Source: a virus (taxonomy: Duplodnaviria > Caudoviricetes). Taken from it: DNA of 24,573 nt. The DNA is taken from IMG/VR virus record IMGVR_UViG_3300025296_000124, positions 1 to 24,573 of that record; one strand, given 5' to 3'. Below the pieces are notes generated by a model, which saw nothing but the letters and a program-made list of their open reading frames with translations, made no database searches and was not told the DNA's origin. The position numbers and the translations under genes were made by a program. Positions 16,466 through 23,638 of this stretch are shown here, in pieces (the stretch's first letter is position 1; the number at the start of each line of letters is the position of its first letter).

Positions 16466-17092
16466 ATGACTAAGATACTTCAAAACAACGTAGCAATGGC
16501 CGAAGCAATGAAAGCCACAATGACTGACCATGCCAAAGCCGAAGAAGCCAAAACGCAGTATGCGACTTCGGCAATGTCGTCTGTCATTTACATGATCGCT
16601 TTCTTATCTGACTTTGGTGCTTTCAATAACAAAGCCACCAAGGCCTACGAAGCCGCACTGGAAGCCGAAGGCGTTATCGTGACAAATGATAAAGCTTCCG
16701 GCTTTGTCGCGTCTTACAAGCGGCAACGGCCCATTGCAAAGCATCCTAAGGTCAAAGCACTGGTAAAAGATGCCAAGTCAATAGACGGCATTAAAAACGC
16801 TCTGACCGAAGCCGGTATGACTTCAATCGGCAAGCTGCAGGCCTTGACCGCCAAGCCGCTTGCTAAATTGTCAGCCGAAGCCAAAGCGGCTTATGATGCC
16901 ATGATCGCAACCGATGCCGTAAAGACTTTCATCGCGGAATTAGATGATGATCAAAAGGCGGCTTTTGAGCGGTCAGTTGAAAACACGGTACGCAATGCCG
17001 ACACAGTACACGCCAATAACTACAAGGCCGAAATCAAGGCCGGATTAAAGGCGCGTATGAAATCCGAAGCCGCTTTAAAGGCCGCTTCATAA
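16466..17092 (+). CDS. First early gene, Ala/Lys-rich helical protein (208 aa), unknown function
   Basis: SD AAGGGGG; long ORF with biased codon use (GCC, GAA); has its own terminator. Confidence 0.85.
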   Translation: MTKILQNNVAMAEAMKATMTDHAKAEEAKTQYATSAMSSVIYMIAFLSDFGAFNNKATKAYEAALEAEGVIVTNDKASGFVASYKRQRPIAKHPKVKALVKDAKSIDGIKNALTEAGMTSIGKLQALTAKPLAKLSAEAKAAYDAMIATDAVKTFIAELDDDQKAAFERSVENTVRNADTVHANNYKAEIKAGLKARMKSEAALKAAS

Positions 17093-17104
17093 TTGCACAA
17101 TCAC

Positions 17105-17134
17105 GGGGCGGCTTTCGGGCCGCCCCATTTTTTT
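17105..17134 (+). terminator. Rho-independent terminator
   Basis: GGGGCGGCT-TTCG-GGCCGCCCC followed by A(T)7. Confidence 0.88.
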
Positions 17135-17167
17135 ACGCACTGCGTAAATATCAAGAGGAAAAAAATC

Positions 17168-17305
17168 ATGGGACCACGTTTTTTAAGATCACGCGAAATG
17201 CTAATAAACGATTTAATATTCGCTTTCGGATTGATCACCTTGTTTACCATTGGCGTGTCTGGCATTTGTTTCACGGCAATGGCCATTGCGGCAATGCTAC
17301 TCTGA
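17168..17305 (+). CDS. Small single-TM membrane protein (45 aa)
   Basis: GAGGA SD; hydrophobic C-terminal helix; bounded by a palindrome and a terminator. Confidence 0.55.
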   Translation: MGPRFLRSREMLINDLIFAFGLITLFTIGVSGICFTAMAIAAMLL

Positions 17306-17327
17306 TATAAAAAATATCCCACAAACT

Positions 17328-17355
17328 AGGGCGGCTTTCGGGCCGCTCTTTTTTT
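17328..17355 (+). terminator. Rho-independent terminator (near-duplicate of 17105)
   Basis: AGGGCGGCT-TTCG-GGCCGCTCT followed by a T-run. Confidence 0.88.
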
Positions 17356-17411
17356 GTGCAAAATTACGCACTGCGTAAATATAGTCATGCGCTAGACGCA
17401 TAGCTCAATAC

Positions 17412-17471
17412 TATATCGAATTGATATATATCGAACTGGCATATATCGGATTGATATATATCGAATTGATA
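17412..17471. repeat. Tandem repeat, 4 x 15 bp (TATATCGAATTGATA)
   Basis: Units at 17412, 17427 (variant ..CTGGCA), 17442 (variant ..GGA..), 17457. Confidence 0.9.
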
Positions 17472-17477
17472 TAGCTA

Positions 17478-17741
17478 TTTACGCACTGCGTAAAAATTTT
17501 TTGCTCTGATTTTTTTTATGCCGTATGATAAGTTGAAGGAACGTGAATGATAAGTTGAAGGAGCGCCATAATTTTTACGCACTGCGTAATTATTTTTATG
17601 TGATTATGATAAGTTGAAGGAGCGTACATATTTACGCACTGCGTAAAAATTATGGGTAGATGTCTATGATAAGTTGAAGGAGTATGTGCTTTTTTACGCA
17701 CTGCGTAAATACTGTTTGTATTTTATGATAAGTTGAAGGAG
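17478..17741. repeat. Dual-motif array: palindrome alternating with ATGATAAGTTGAAGGA
   Basis: Motif B at 17525, 17547, 17606, 17666, 17725; palindrome at 17478, 17574, 17631, 17693; variable AT-rich linkers. Confidence 0.93.
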
Positions 17742-17772
17742 GTAGGGTCAAACACCCCACCCAAAATAGCCC

Positions 17773-17801
17773 TTTACATCTATATCTACCTATGGTACTA
17801 T
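17773..17801 (+). promoter_or_regulatory. Sigma70 early promoter
   Basis: TTTACA-17 nt-TACTAT with TG extended -10. Confidence 0.72.
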
Positions 17802-17878
17802 CTGTATAGTTACAGTTGTAGTTACATAAGTATCACAAATTCAAATTTACGCACTGCGTAATTACTGGAGAAATACTG

Positions 17879-18046
17879 ATGGCTGAAGAACAAGACTATC
17901 TGACGGTAGAAGAAATCAACGCTGCGCCTAGCCTCAAGTGGGATGCGCTAATTGAATGGCGGGAAAAGATCGACGCCAAGTCGGATGCGATTAATGCGGA
18001 GTATCGGCGTTGGCAAGCTGCCGAACAAAAAATGTTGACATGCTAA
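17879..18046 (+). CDS. Small early protein (55 aa, not in ORF track)
   Basis: MAEEQDYLTVEEINAAPSLKWDALIEWREKIDAKSDAINAEYRRWQAAEQKMLTC; GGAG SD; palindrome on each side. Confidence 0.75.
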   Translation: MAEEQDYLTVEEINAAPSLKWDALIEWREKIDAKSDAINAEYRRWQAAEQKMLTC

Positions 18047-18081
18047 ATTTACGCACTGCGTAAAAACTAGGGAAACAGCTT

Positions 18082-18351
18082 ATGTCTAGCAAACTCAAAG
18101 ACACCATCAAAAGTCTGTCAGACCAGTTAGAGATTGAGCGGCACCACAGAGGGCATGAAATGGCTGAAATGCTGGGCCGCAAATACTATCTGTTGAATGT
18201 GCGGATAGCACCTCTGTTAGAAGACGCAATCGATGCGCTTGAAATCGATCCTCCCGTGCCTCACTTGTCGCTCAGACGCATTAAATCAGTTCTCAAAATC
18301 ATCGAGGATCACAACAGCATAAAACTAGGCAAGGATACAACGCATGACTAG
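18082..18351 (+). CDS. Hypothetical early protein
   Basis: 89 aa after palindrome + AGGGA SD. Confidence 0.72.
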   Translation: MSSKLKDTIKSLSDQLEIERHHRGHEMAEMLGRKYYLLNVRIAPLLEDAIDALEIDPPVPHLSLRRIKSVLKIIEDHNSIKLGKDTTHD

Positions 18352-18562
18352 TATAGTTGCAAAGCACTGGGATCGCTTGCAGGAACAGAAGCCTGTGCAT
18401 CCCTCACCTGATCGCAGCAATGGTCATAGTCGGCCATTGACAATATCGCGAACCATGTTGAAGGGTAAAAGCTACGAAGAAGTGCAGCAGATGCTGGCTG
18501 ATGGCAATCTGTTGCTTGTGCCCTGCAACGGCAGGTATACAGGAACTAAACAATTCAAATAA
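18344..18562 (+). CDS. Hypothetical early protein
   Basis: 72 aa; AAGGA SD; overlaps the upstream stop. Confidence 0.68.
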   Translation: MTSIVAKHWDRLQEQKPVHPSPDRSNGHSRPLTISRTMLKGKSYEEVQQMLADGNLLLVPCNGRYTGTKQFK

Positions 18563-18599
18563 AATTTACGCACTGCGTAATAACTAGGAGACTAAATCA

Positions 18600-19058
18600 A
18601 TGGCAAATCATGGTTTCACAACTGAATTGCAAAATGGCTTGACCGTTAGTGTGCAGTGGCACGATATCGCTTCTGCCATGCGTGACGAAGACGATAAGCT
18701 AATCACTGTCGAGATAGCTTGTTGGAAAACAGATCAAACCCACTCTATCGAAGTTGAAGACGAAACTTGGACAGATGAAATCAAAGATGCTTTTCGTGCT
18801 AGAGCGTGGCTGACGCAGGATGTATGGCCGGAAGACGGCTACTCCGAAGATATACTTACTTATGTTCCTGTAGTTCGTATCATGGATATGATAGATAGTG
18901 CTACTCAATTACCTAATAACTATGTTAGCCTGTTGCACACGCAACGTGCTAGGAACCAAGTAGTACGAAAAATTAACGAGTTAAAACAAGAGGCTGTTGA
19001 ACTTGCTGAAGAGTATGACGTTGCTCTTAGTAGCCTTGATTATGGAACATCCGACTAA
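18600..19058 (+). CDS. Acidic hypothetical early protein
   Basis: 152 aa after palindrome + AGGAG SD. Confidence 0.78.
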   Translation: MANHGFTTELQNGLTVSVQWHDIASAMRDEDDKLITVEIACWKTDQTHSIEVEDETWTDEIKDAFRARAWLTQDVWPEDGYSEDILTYVPVVRIMDMIDSATQLPNNYVSLLHTQRARNQVVRKINELKQEAVELAEEYDVALSSLDYGTSD

Positions 19059-19102
19059 TTTATATTGAAATTACGCACTGCGTAAAAATTGGGAGAACTA
19101 TC

Positions 19103-19888
19103 GTGACTATACAACAAACTATCTGTAACATGTTGACCGAAAATACAGGAACGCATATGCTTGACAGTGGCGGCGAAGGTGGTCGCAACTGGCAACAAAA
19201 TCAAGGGCTGACTGTTGCGGCTCTGGAAGCTGCGCCCAGTGCTACGCTGGAAGTATATCATTCTGAAAAATGGGGATATGATCTTTCCCCAACGATTGAT
19301 GTCTATCACTTCCTATGTAATAGCCTAGAAATTGACGATATTTGCGAGGAGTTTAATGCAATGCCTGTCAATGATTGGGAAGGCAATGCCTATGGCCTAT
19401 CTCGTGACGGCGAAAGCTGGTTACTAGATCGCAAGTTTATGATTAAAGGAGCGGTCAATACTTACAACGGGGAAAGCAGTTTGTCACAAGTGCTGCAATA
19501 TACCTACCTTTCTAGTCCTGATTTTGATAGTTGGTACGATGACGGTGTATATGACGGCGACTATCTTCTATTGCAAATTCATGGTGGAGCGGATGTTCGT
19601 GGTGGCTATACAGATGCCAAACTATTCAAAATTAATAGCGATTGTCTTGCCTATGAAATTTGTGGCTTTTTGGTGGAAACAAAAGAAGATGCTGAAACAC
19701 TCGACATGTTTACCGGACAAACTCGTGACGGGTACATAACCCTTGATTGGTCTGGTGGTGAGTGGATAGCTAATGATGGAGAATCTGCTGACGATGCCTA
19801 TCTAACAGAGTTCGCCAAGTTAGTATTTGACGGCAGAGAAAATGAGCAGTCAAGCGTAACAATTTGTGGGGATAGTTGGGGGAGCTAA
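19103..19888 (+). CDS. Acidic conserved hypothetical protein (261 aa)
   Basis: GTG start after palindrome + GGGAG; family-like motifs ENTGTHMLDSGG..GRNWQ, NTYNGES.LSQ, QIHGGADVRGGYT. Confidence 0.8.
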   Translation: MTIQQTICNMLTENTGTHMLDSGGEGGRNWQQNQGLTVAALEAAPSATLEVYHSEKWGYDLSPTIDVYHFLCNSLEIDDICEEFNAMPVNDWEGNAYGLSRDGESWLLDRKFMIKGAVNTYNGESSLSQVLQYTYLSSPDFDSWYDDGVYDGDYLLLQIHGGADVRGGYTDAKLFKINSDCLAYEICGFLVETKEDAETLDMFTGQTRDGYITLDWSGGEWIANDGESADDAYLTEFAKLVFDGRENEQSSVTICGDSWGS

Positions 19889-19892
19889 ACTA

Positions 19893-20648
19893 ATGACGCA
19901 AGTACATACGACACCTAAGTCCGGTAACAAGAAGACTGGGCCAATGATTGTCACTACCAGTGAGGCAGCAACCTGCCCAGATGCCTGTCCGTTTAATCAT
20001 AACAATGAAGGGGGTTGCCTTGCGGAATATGGCCCATTGAAACTGCATTGGGACAAGGTATCTAAACGTGAACGTGGCGGTACTTGGGAAGACTTTATTG
20101 CTAATGTTGGAACCTTCGCTACGGATGCATCATGGAGACACAACCAAGCTGGTGACATGCCGGGAGATAAAAAGAATTTAGATGAACGCAAGTGCTATCA
20201 ACTTGCTGACGCTAATGACGAACGTGACGGCTTTACCTATTGTCACTATGATGTCATTGACAATGAGCATAACCGCAAGGTATTGACTGTGGTAAACCAG
20301 TCAAACTTCACGGTAAATCTGTCGGGTAATAACATGGCTCATGCTGACCAGCTTGTGGAAACAGAGGCTGGGCCTGTGTGTACCGTGCTACCTAAAGAGT
20401 TGGGACGTAGAAAGGAAAAAGGTGAGTGGACAGAGACACTTGCAGAGTATCGTGTGCGTATTAAAAACTTGAAGACACCTGCTGGCAATCCTGTCGGGCC
20501 ATGTCCTGCTACTTACTTGGACGATTTGTCTTGTTTGGATTGTATGCTCTGTGCTAAGAAGCAGCGCAAAATACTTGTCGGCTTTCCTGCACATGGTACA
20601 GGTGCCCGTAAGGCTGATGCTGTAGCAACAAATTTACGCAGTGCGTAA
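19893..20648 (+). CDS. Cys-rich GP88-like protein, possible Fe-S/radical-SAM-related
   Basis: GGAG SD before ATG 19893; NKKTG, Cx3Cx9C, RHNQAGD, FTYCH, C-terminal Cx9Cx2Cx2C. Confidence 0.6.
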   Translation: MTQVHTTPKSGNKKTGPMIVTTSEAATCPDACPFNHNNEGGCLAEYGPLKLHWDKVSKRERGGTWEDFIANVGTFATDASWRHNQAGDMPGDKKNLDERKCYQLADANDERDGFTYCHYDVIDNEHNRKVLTVVNQSNFTVNLSGNNMAHADQLVETEAGPVCTVLPKELGRRKEKGEWTETLAEYRVRIKNLKTPAGNPVGPCPATYLDDLSCLDCMLCAKKQRKILVGFPAHGTGARKADAVATNLRSA

Positions 20649-20670
20649 AAACTAGAGAGGGAACAGAACA

Positions 20671-21069
20671 ATGGGTGAAGAAAAAGGTGGCGGCTTTTCA
20701 AATGTTGAACAGGCCCTTCGTGAACAAATTAAAGGGTTAACTGGTAAAGAGTTGAGAGAACTACGCAGAGAACCCGTTAGCTTTGCCATAAACAATGACA
20801 GGGTGAAGAATGAATACAATTTCATTCATCCTAGCATAGCATGGGAGAACGTGAAAATATTTGGATTTGAGAAAGCAACAAATTGTTGTAGTCTAGAGGA
20901 CGAATGGACTATGGCACACATTATGCACATAGCAGGGATATTTCCCAGCGTAACGTCCGCTCGTAAACAAGGTTGGAATAAGCCAATACCTGCTGGCTTT
21001 TCGGAACATACTGTAGGTAAAAGAAGAATACAAATTTTCATACTAAACAAATTCGAGGAGTGCGACTAA
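20671..21069 (+). CDS. Hypothetical protein with S4-like C-terminal motif
   Basis: After a palindrome; HIMHIAGIFPSVTSARK resembles the S4 RNA-binding helix motif. Confidence 0.6.
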   Translation: MGEEKGGGFSNVEQALREQIKGLTGKELRELRREPVSFAINNDRVKNEYNFIHPSIAWENVKIFGFEKATNCCSLEDEWTMAHIMHIAGIFPSVTSARKQGWNKPIPAGFSEHTVGKRRIQIFILNKFEECD

Positions 21070-21416
21070 TGGCTGTCTACAAAGTACTACAAATAATCTC
21101 AACGGGTTCTCATTCAGATGCTGAACAGGAACTACGGCGCAACACTATATTTCAACCCACGAGAGAAGCTATAGTTGCAGCATGGGATATGTACGACATA
21201 GCTTGCTACATAAAGGCTGACGATCTGGATGAAGTATTTGAGATCGGAAACATTGGGCCAGAGGAACATATTGAAAGGGTAGGCCCAATGCACAGCATTA
21301 GTGTAGGGGATATAATTGTAGATACACACTACGGCGTGGCGTGGTATGTGAATAGCTTTGACTTTGGGCAGTTAGGCACCGTGCATCATGGAAAGGCGTC
21401 GGGTCGTGCCAGATAA
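21069..21416 (+). CDS. YodL-like domain protein
   Basis: LDEVFEIGN...HSISVGDIIV resembles the YodL-like signature; GAGGAG SD before ATG 21069. Confidence 0.55.
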   Translation: MAVYKVLQIISTGSHSDAEQELRRNTIFQPTREAIVAAWDMYDIACYIKADDLDEVFEIGNIGPEEHIERVGPMHSISVGDIIVDTHYGVAWYVNSFDFGQLGTVHHGKASGRAR

Positions 21417-21570
21417 TCTCACAGAGTTTGAGCAGGACATTGACACACGGGTGAGAGAATGCTTTAATGGCTATCTACCGTGGGTTGTAGATGACTATAG
21501 CCCACAGCAGATGCAGTATCTGTACAAATTGTATTGGACTAACTACTTTAACATGGAGGAACAGTCATGA
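21388..21570 (+). CDS. Small hypothetical protein
   Basis: Fills the gap between co-oriented genes; stop overlaps the next start (ATGA). Confidence 0.55.
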   Translation: MERRRVVPDNLTEFEQDIDTRVRECFNGYLPWVVDDYSPQQMQYLYKLYWTNYFNMEEQS

Positions 21571-21887
21571 GAAACCGGCATGACATTAGAGGAACAAACA
21601 CGTCATTCAATCTTACACAGAATGAGGAACGAGCCGCACTTGTCTTAGTACAGAGTTGCTTAGACGGTATGGGTGGGCAACGACCTATTGATCTGGACGA
21701 TGACCCGTTCACATGGGTATGGCCGGATGTTCTAATAGACAACGGCTGGACTAGGCATGAAACAGCAGGTACGTGGAATGCCTTGCTTGACAAGGGTATC
21801 ATTTATGAGTATGATGAAAACGATTTTATTCTATCAGAGGATGCCTACCTTTGGCTGGATACAATTTGGAAGGAGGAGCATGTCTAG
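21567..21887 (+). CDS. Acidic hypothetical protein
   Basis: 106 aa; GGAGG SD. Confidence 0.72.
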   Translation: MRNRHDIRGTNTSFNLTQNEERAALVLVQSCLDGMGGQRPIDLDDDPFTWVWPDVLIDNGWTRHETAGTWNALLDKGIIYEYDENDFILSEDAYLWLDTIWKEEHV

Positions 21888-22041
21888 AACTAGAAAAATT
21901 CCCAAGTGGAATACAGACCGTTACGGAAACCCTGTGGCTAAGACACTGTCACAACGGAAGTTCCAACAGAAGATTGTAAAGAGTGGTAAAGAGTACAGGC
22001 GTATGCGTAAACATGAAATCAAAACCGATGAGGAGAATTAG
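21880..22041 (+). CDS. Small basic protein, ArfA-like (53 aa)
   Basis: AGGAGG SD; MSRTRKIPKWNTDRYGNPVAKTLSQRKFQQKIVKSGKEYRRMRKHEIKTDEEN. Confidence 0.6.
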   Translation: MSRTRKIPKWNTDRYGNPVAKTLSQRKFQQKIVKSGKEYRRMRKHEIKTDEEN

Positions 22042-22042
22042 C

Positions 22043-22333
22043 ATGTGGAAAAAAATTATAGAGTTTTTCGTACCCGCAAAAGTAGAAGTAGTGCCAACTG
22101 AAAAGGAAAAGGTTGCGGCTTTGCTCCAAGACTATGCAGACAACGGGGAAAAGCCTGCGATAAACCGTACCACAGACAAGTGGCAGGGGTATGGGTCTGA
22201 AGTCACAAAGAAAAAGAACTTCATCAAGGTACGTAATGGACATCAAGCTTTGTACTTCGGTAATCCTTTCTGGAACCTATACCGCATTAACTCTCGTGCA
22301 GGCACGAAAGACTTTGTGACCCATTCAGTATAA
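22043..22333 (+). CDS. Hypothetical protein (96 aa from ATG 22043)
   Basis: GAGGAG SD. Confidence 0.68.
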   Translation: MWKKIIEFFVPAKVEVVPTEKEKVAALLQDYADNGEKPAINRTTDKWQGYGSEVTKKKNFIKVRNGHQALYFGNPFWNLYRINSRAGTKDFVTHSV

Positions 22334-22420
22334 AACATAATCTAATTGGCCTAGCTATGCATTTATTGCATGGCTGGGCTGGTTGGATTTACGCAGTGCG
22401 TAAAAACAAGGAGAAATAAA

Positions 22421-22603
22421 ATGAATTATGATGGACTTAATGTTAGGACTACAGAAGAGATCATTACTATCCGTATCAAAGAACTGATGCAGGATAAAAA
22501 TGGTTGGTCTATGTTACAAATTCTACAAAATGTTGAGAAGGAGTACGGTGAGAACCACAAAGCGTTTGCTCGTAAGTACATACTAGACTATTGCAATATG
22601 TGA
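22421..22603 (+). CDS. Hypothetical protein (60 aa)
   Basis: Palindrome + AAGGAG SD before ATG 22421. Confidence 0.68.
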   Translation: MNYDGLNVRTTEEIITIRIKELMQDKNGWSMLQILQNVEKEYGENHKAFARKYILDYCNM

Positions 22604-22614
22604 GGGAGAATAAT

Positions 22615-22788
22615 ATGACTGTTGTAGTTACACAGCAAGAGTTTTGGGATCATAAGATAGATTGGTTTGTACAGATGTGGAAGTACGGACGCCATGACGA
22701 CAAGACTTTTGCAAGAAATATGGCTCTGATGGGCTATGACAAAAAGACTATACAGGAATGCCTAGATGAGTTTTATGACGAAGAGTAA
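22615..22788 (+). CDS. Hypothetical protein (57 aa)
   Basis: GGGAG SD before ATG 22615. Confidence 0.62.
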   Translation: MTVVVTQQEFWDHKIDWFVQMWKYGRHDDKTFARNMALMGYDKKTIQECLDEFYDEE

Positions 22789-22797
22789 AATTAATGC

Positions 22798-22825
22798 TTG
22801 ACAACTATGTGGATGTCTGTATAAT
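22798..22825 (+). promoter_or_regulatory. Sigma70 promoter
   Basis: TTGACA-16 nt-TATAAT. Confidence 0.78.
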
Positions 22826-22884
22826 GTTGCACTTGCAACCCACATAGGCTTATGTTCTTAGATACTATTTATATGGAGGTTACT

Positions 22885-23022
22885 GTGAAGAACAGAGATT
22901 ATGTACGTAAAGAGACTACGCCAGAAGAAGTGCAGAAATTTATTAAGCGGAGGACAGACAAGAAAAAGACCCAGCTAAGGAAGCTGCAACGCCGTAGAAA
23001 GAAGGAGAATATGTATGCTTGA
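22885..23022 (+). CDS. Small very basic protein (45 aa, not in ORF track)
   Basis: GGAGG SD + GTG; MKNRDYVRKETTPEEVQKFIKRRTDKKKTQLRKLQRRRKKENMYA. Confidence 0.6.
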   Translation: MKNRDYVRKETTPEEVQKFIKRRTDKKKTQLRKLQRRRKKENMYA

Positions 23023-23569
23023 AATATCTATGTCTGCGCTAACCCTGTTGCTTAACATTATAGCAGGGTTAGCAGCCACAAGTGCAATGGTATCTGTAGA
23101 GAATAGGCATGAGATACATGAGGACTTGTATTGCCTTGCGCTTAACTCCTATTGGGAAGCTCGTGGTGAAAAGTTTGATGACAAACTAGCTACGGCACAG
23201 GTGGTCATGAACAGAGTTGACAGTGAGCAGTACCCGGAGGATGTATGTTCTGTGATCACAGAGGGACCGGAGCGAGAGTCATGGAAGACAAAGCAACTCC
23301 CTGATCTTGATCCAGAGGAACGTGTGTATTATCCTGTAAGAAACAAGTGCCAATTTAGCTGGTACTGTGATGGCAGGAGCGATAACATTAGTAACACAGA
23401 TGGTTGGGAGGATAGTGTGATCGCTGCATACCTTGTATATGTAGGATTAGTAGAGGACAAAGCTAATGGAGCTACACATTACTATGCACACGATAAGGTT
23501 ACACCATCTTGGGCTGGCTCTATGAAAGTCACAGCAAAATTGGGAGGACATACATACCTAAAAAAATAA
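23015..23569 (+). CDS. SleB-like cell wall hydrolase (Hydrolase_2)
   Basis: N-terminal hydrophobic anchor; CLALNSYWEARGE, VVMNRV, CQFSWYCDG, ATHYYA..W motifs. Confidence 0.9.
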   Translation: MLEISMSALTLLLNIIAGLAATSAMVSVENRHEIHEDLYCLALNSYWEARGEKFDDKLATAQVVMNRVDSEQYPEDVCSVITEGPERESWKTKQLPDLDPEERVYYPVRNKCQFSWYCDGRSDNISNTDGWEDSVIAAYLVYVGLVEDKANGATHYYAHDKVTPSWAGSMKVTAKLGGHTYLKK

Positions 23570-23578
23570 AATATATGT

Positions 23579-23607
23579 TTGACATCTGTAGGCGTTTATG
23601 ATATTGT
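23579..23607 (+). promoter_or_regulatory. Sigma70 promoter
   Basis: TTGACA-17 nt-TATTGT with TG extension. Confidence 0.6.
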
Positions 23608-23638
23608 ATTCTTAACACTATGAAAAGGAGAATGTGAA

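Larger units (their letters stand above)
16315..22404. repeat. Dispersed 17-bp palindrome WTTACGCASTGCGTAAW, 13 copies
   Basis: Starts at 16315, 17132, 17363, 17478, 17574, 17631, 17693, 17846, 18048, 18565, 19070, 20633, 22388; invariant 15-bp core. Confidence 0.95.

Noticed and set aside
17478-17741. CRISPR array
   Set aside because: Two alternating 16-17-bp motifs with short (mostly 9-18 nt) linkers do not fit CRISPR repeat/spacer sizes; no cas gene in the window; one motif is also dispersed at gene starts
17478-17741. TIGR-type dual-repeat guide array
   Set aside because: Unit is ~60 bp rather than ~36, linkers vary in length, and no Nop-domain Tas-like protein is recognisable here. Not excluded as a distant analogue.
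16315-22404. Integron attC or tyrosine-recombinase core sites
   Set aside because: The palindrome has a 1-bp centre (not a 6-8-bp overlap), lacks GTTRRRY boxes and extrahelical bases, and no recombinase is in the window
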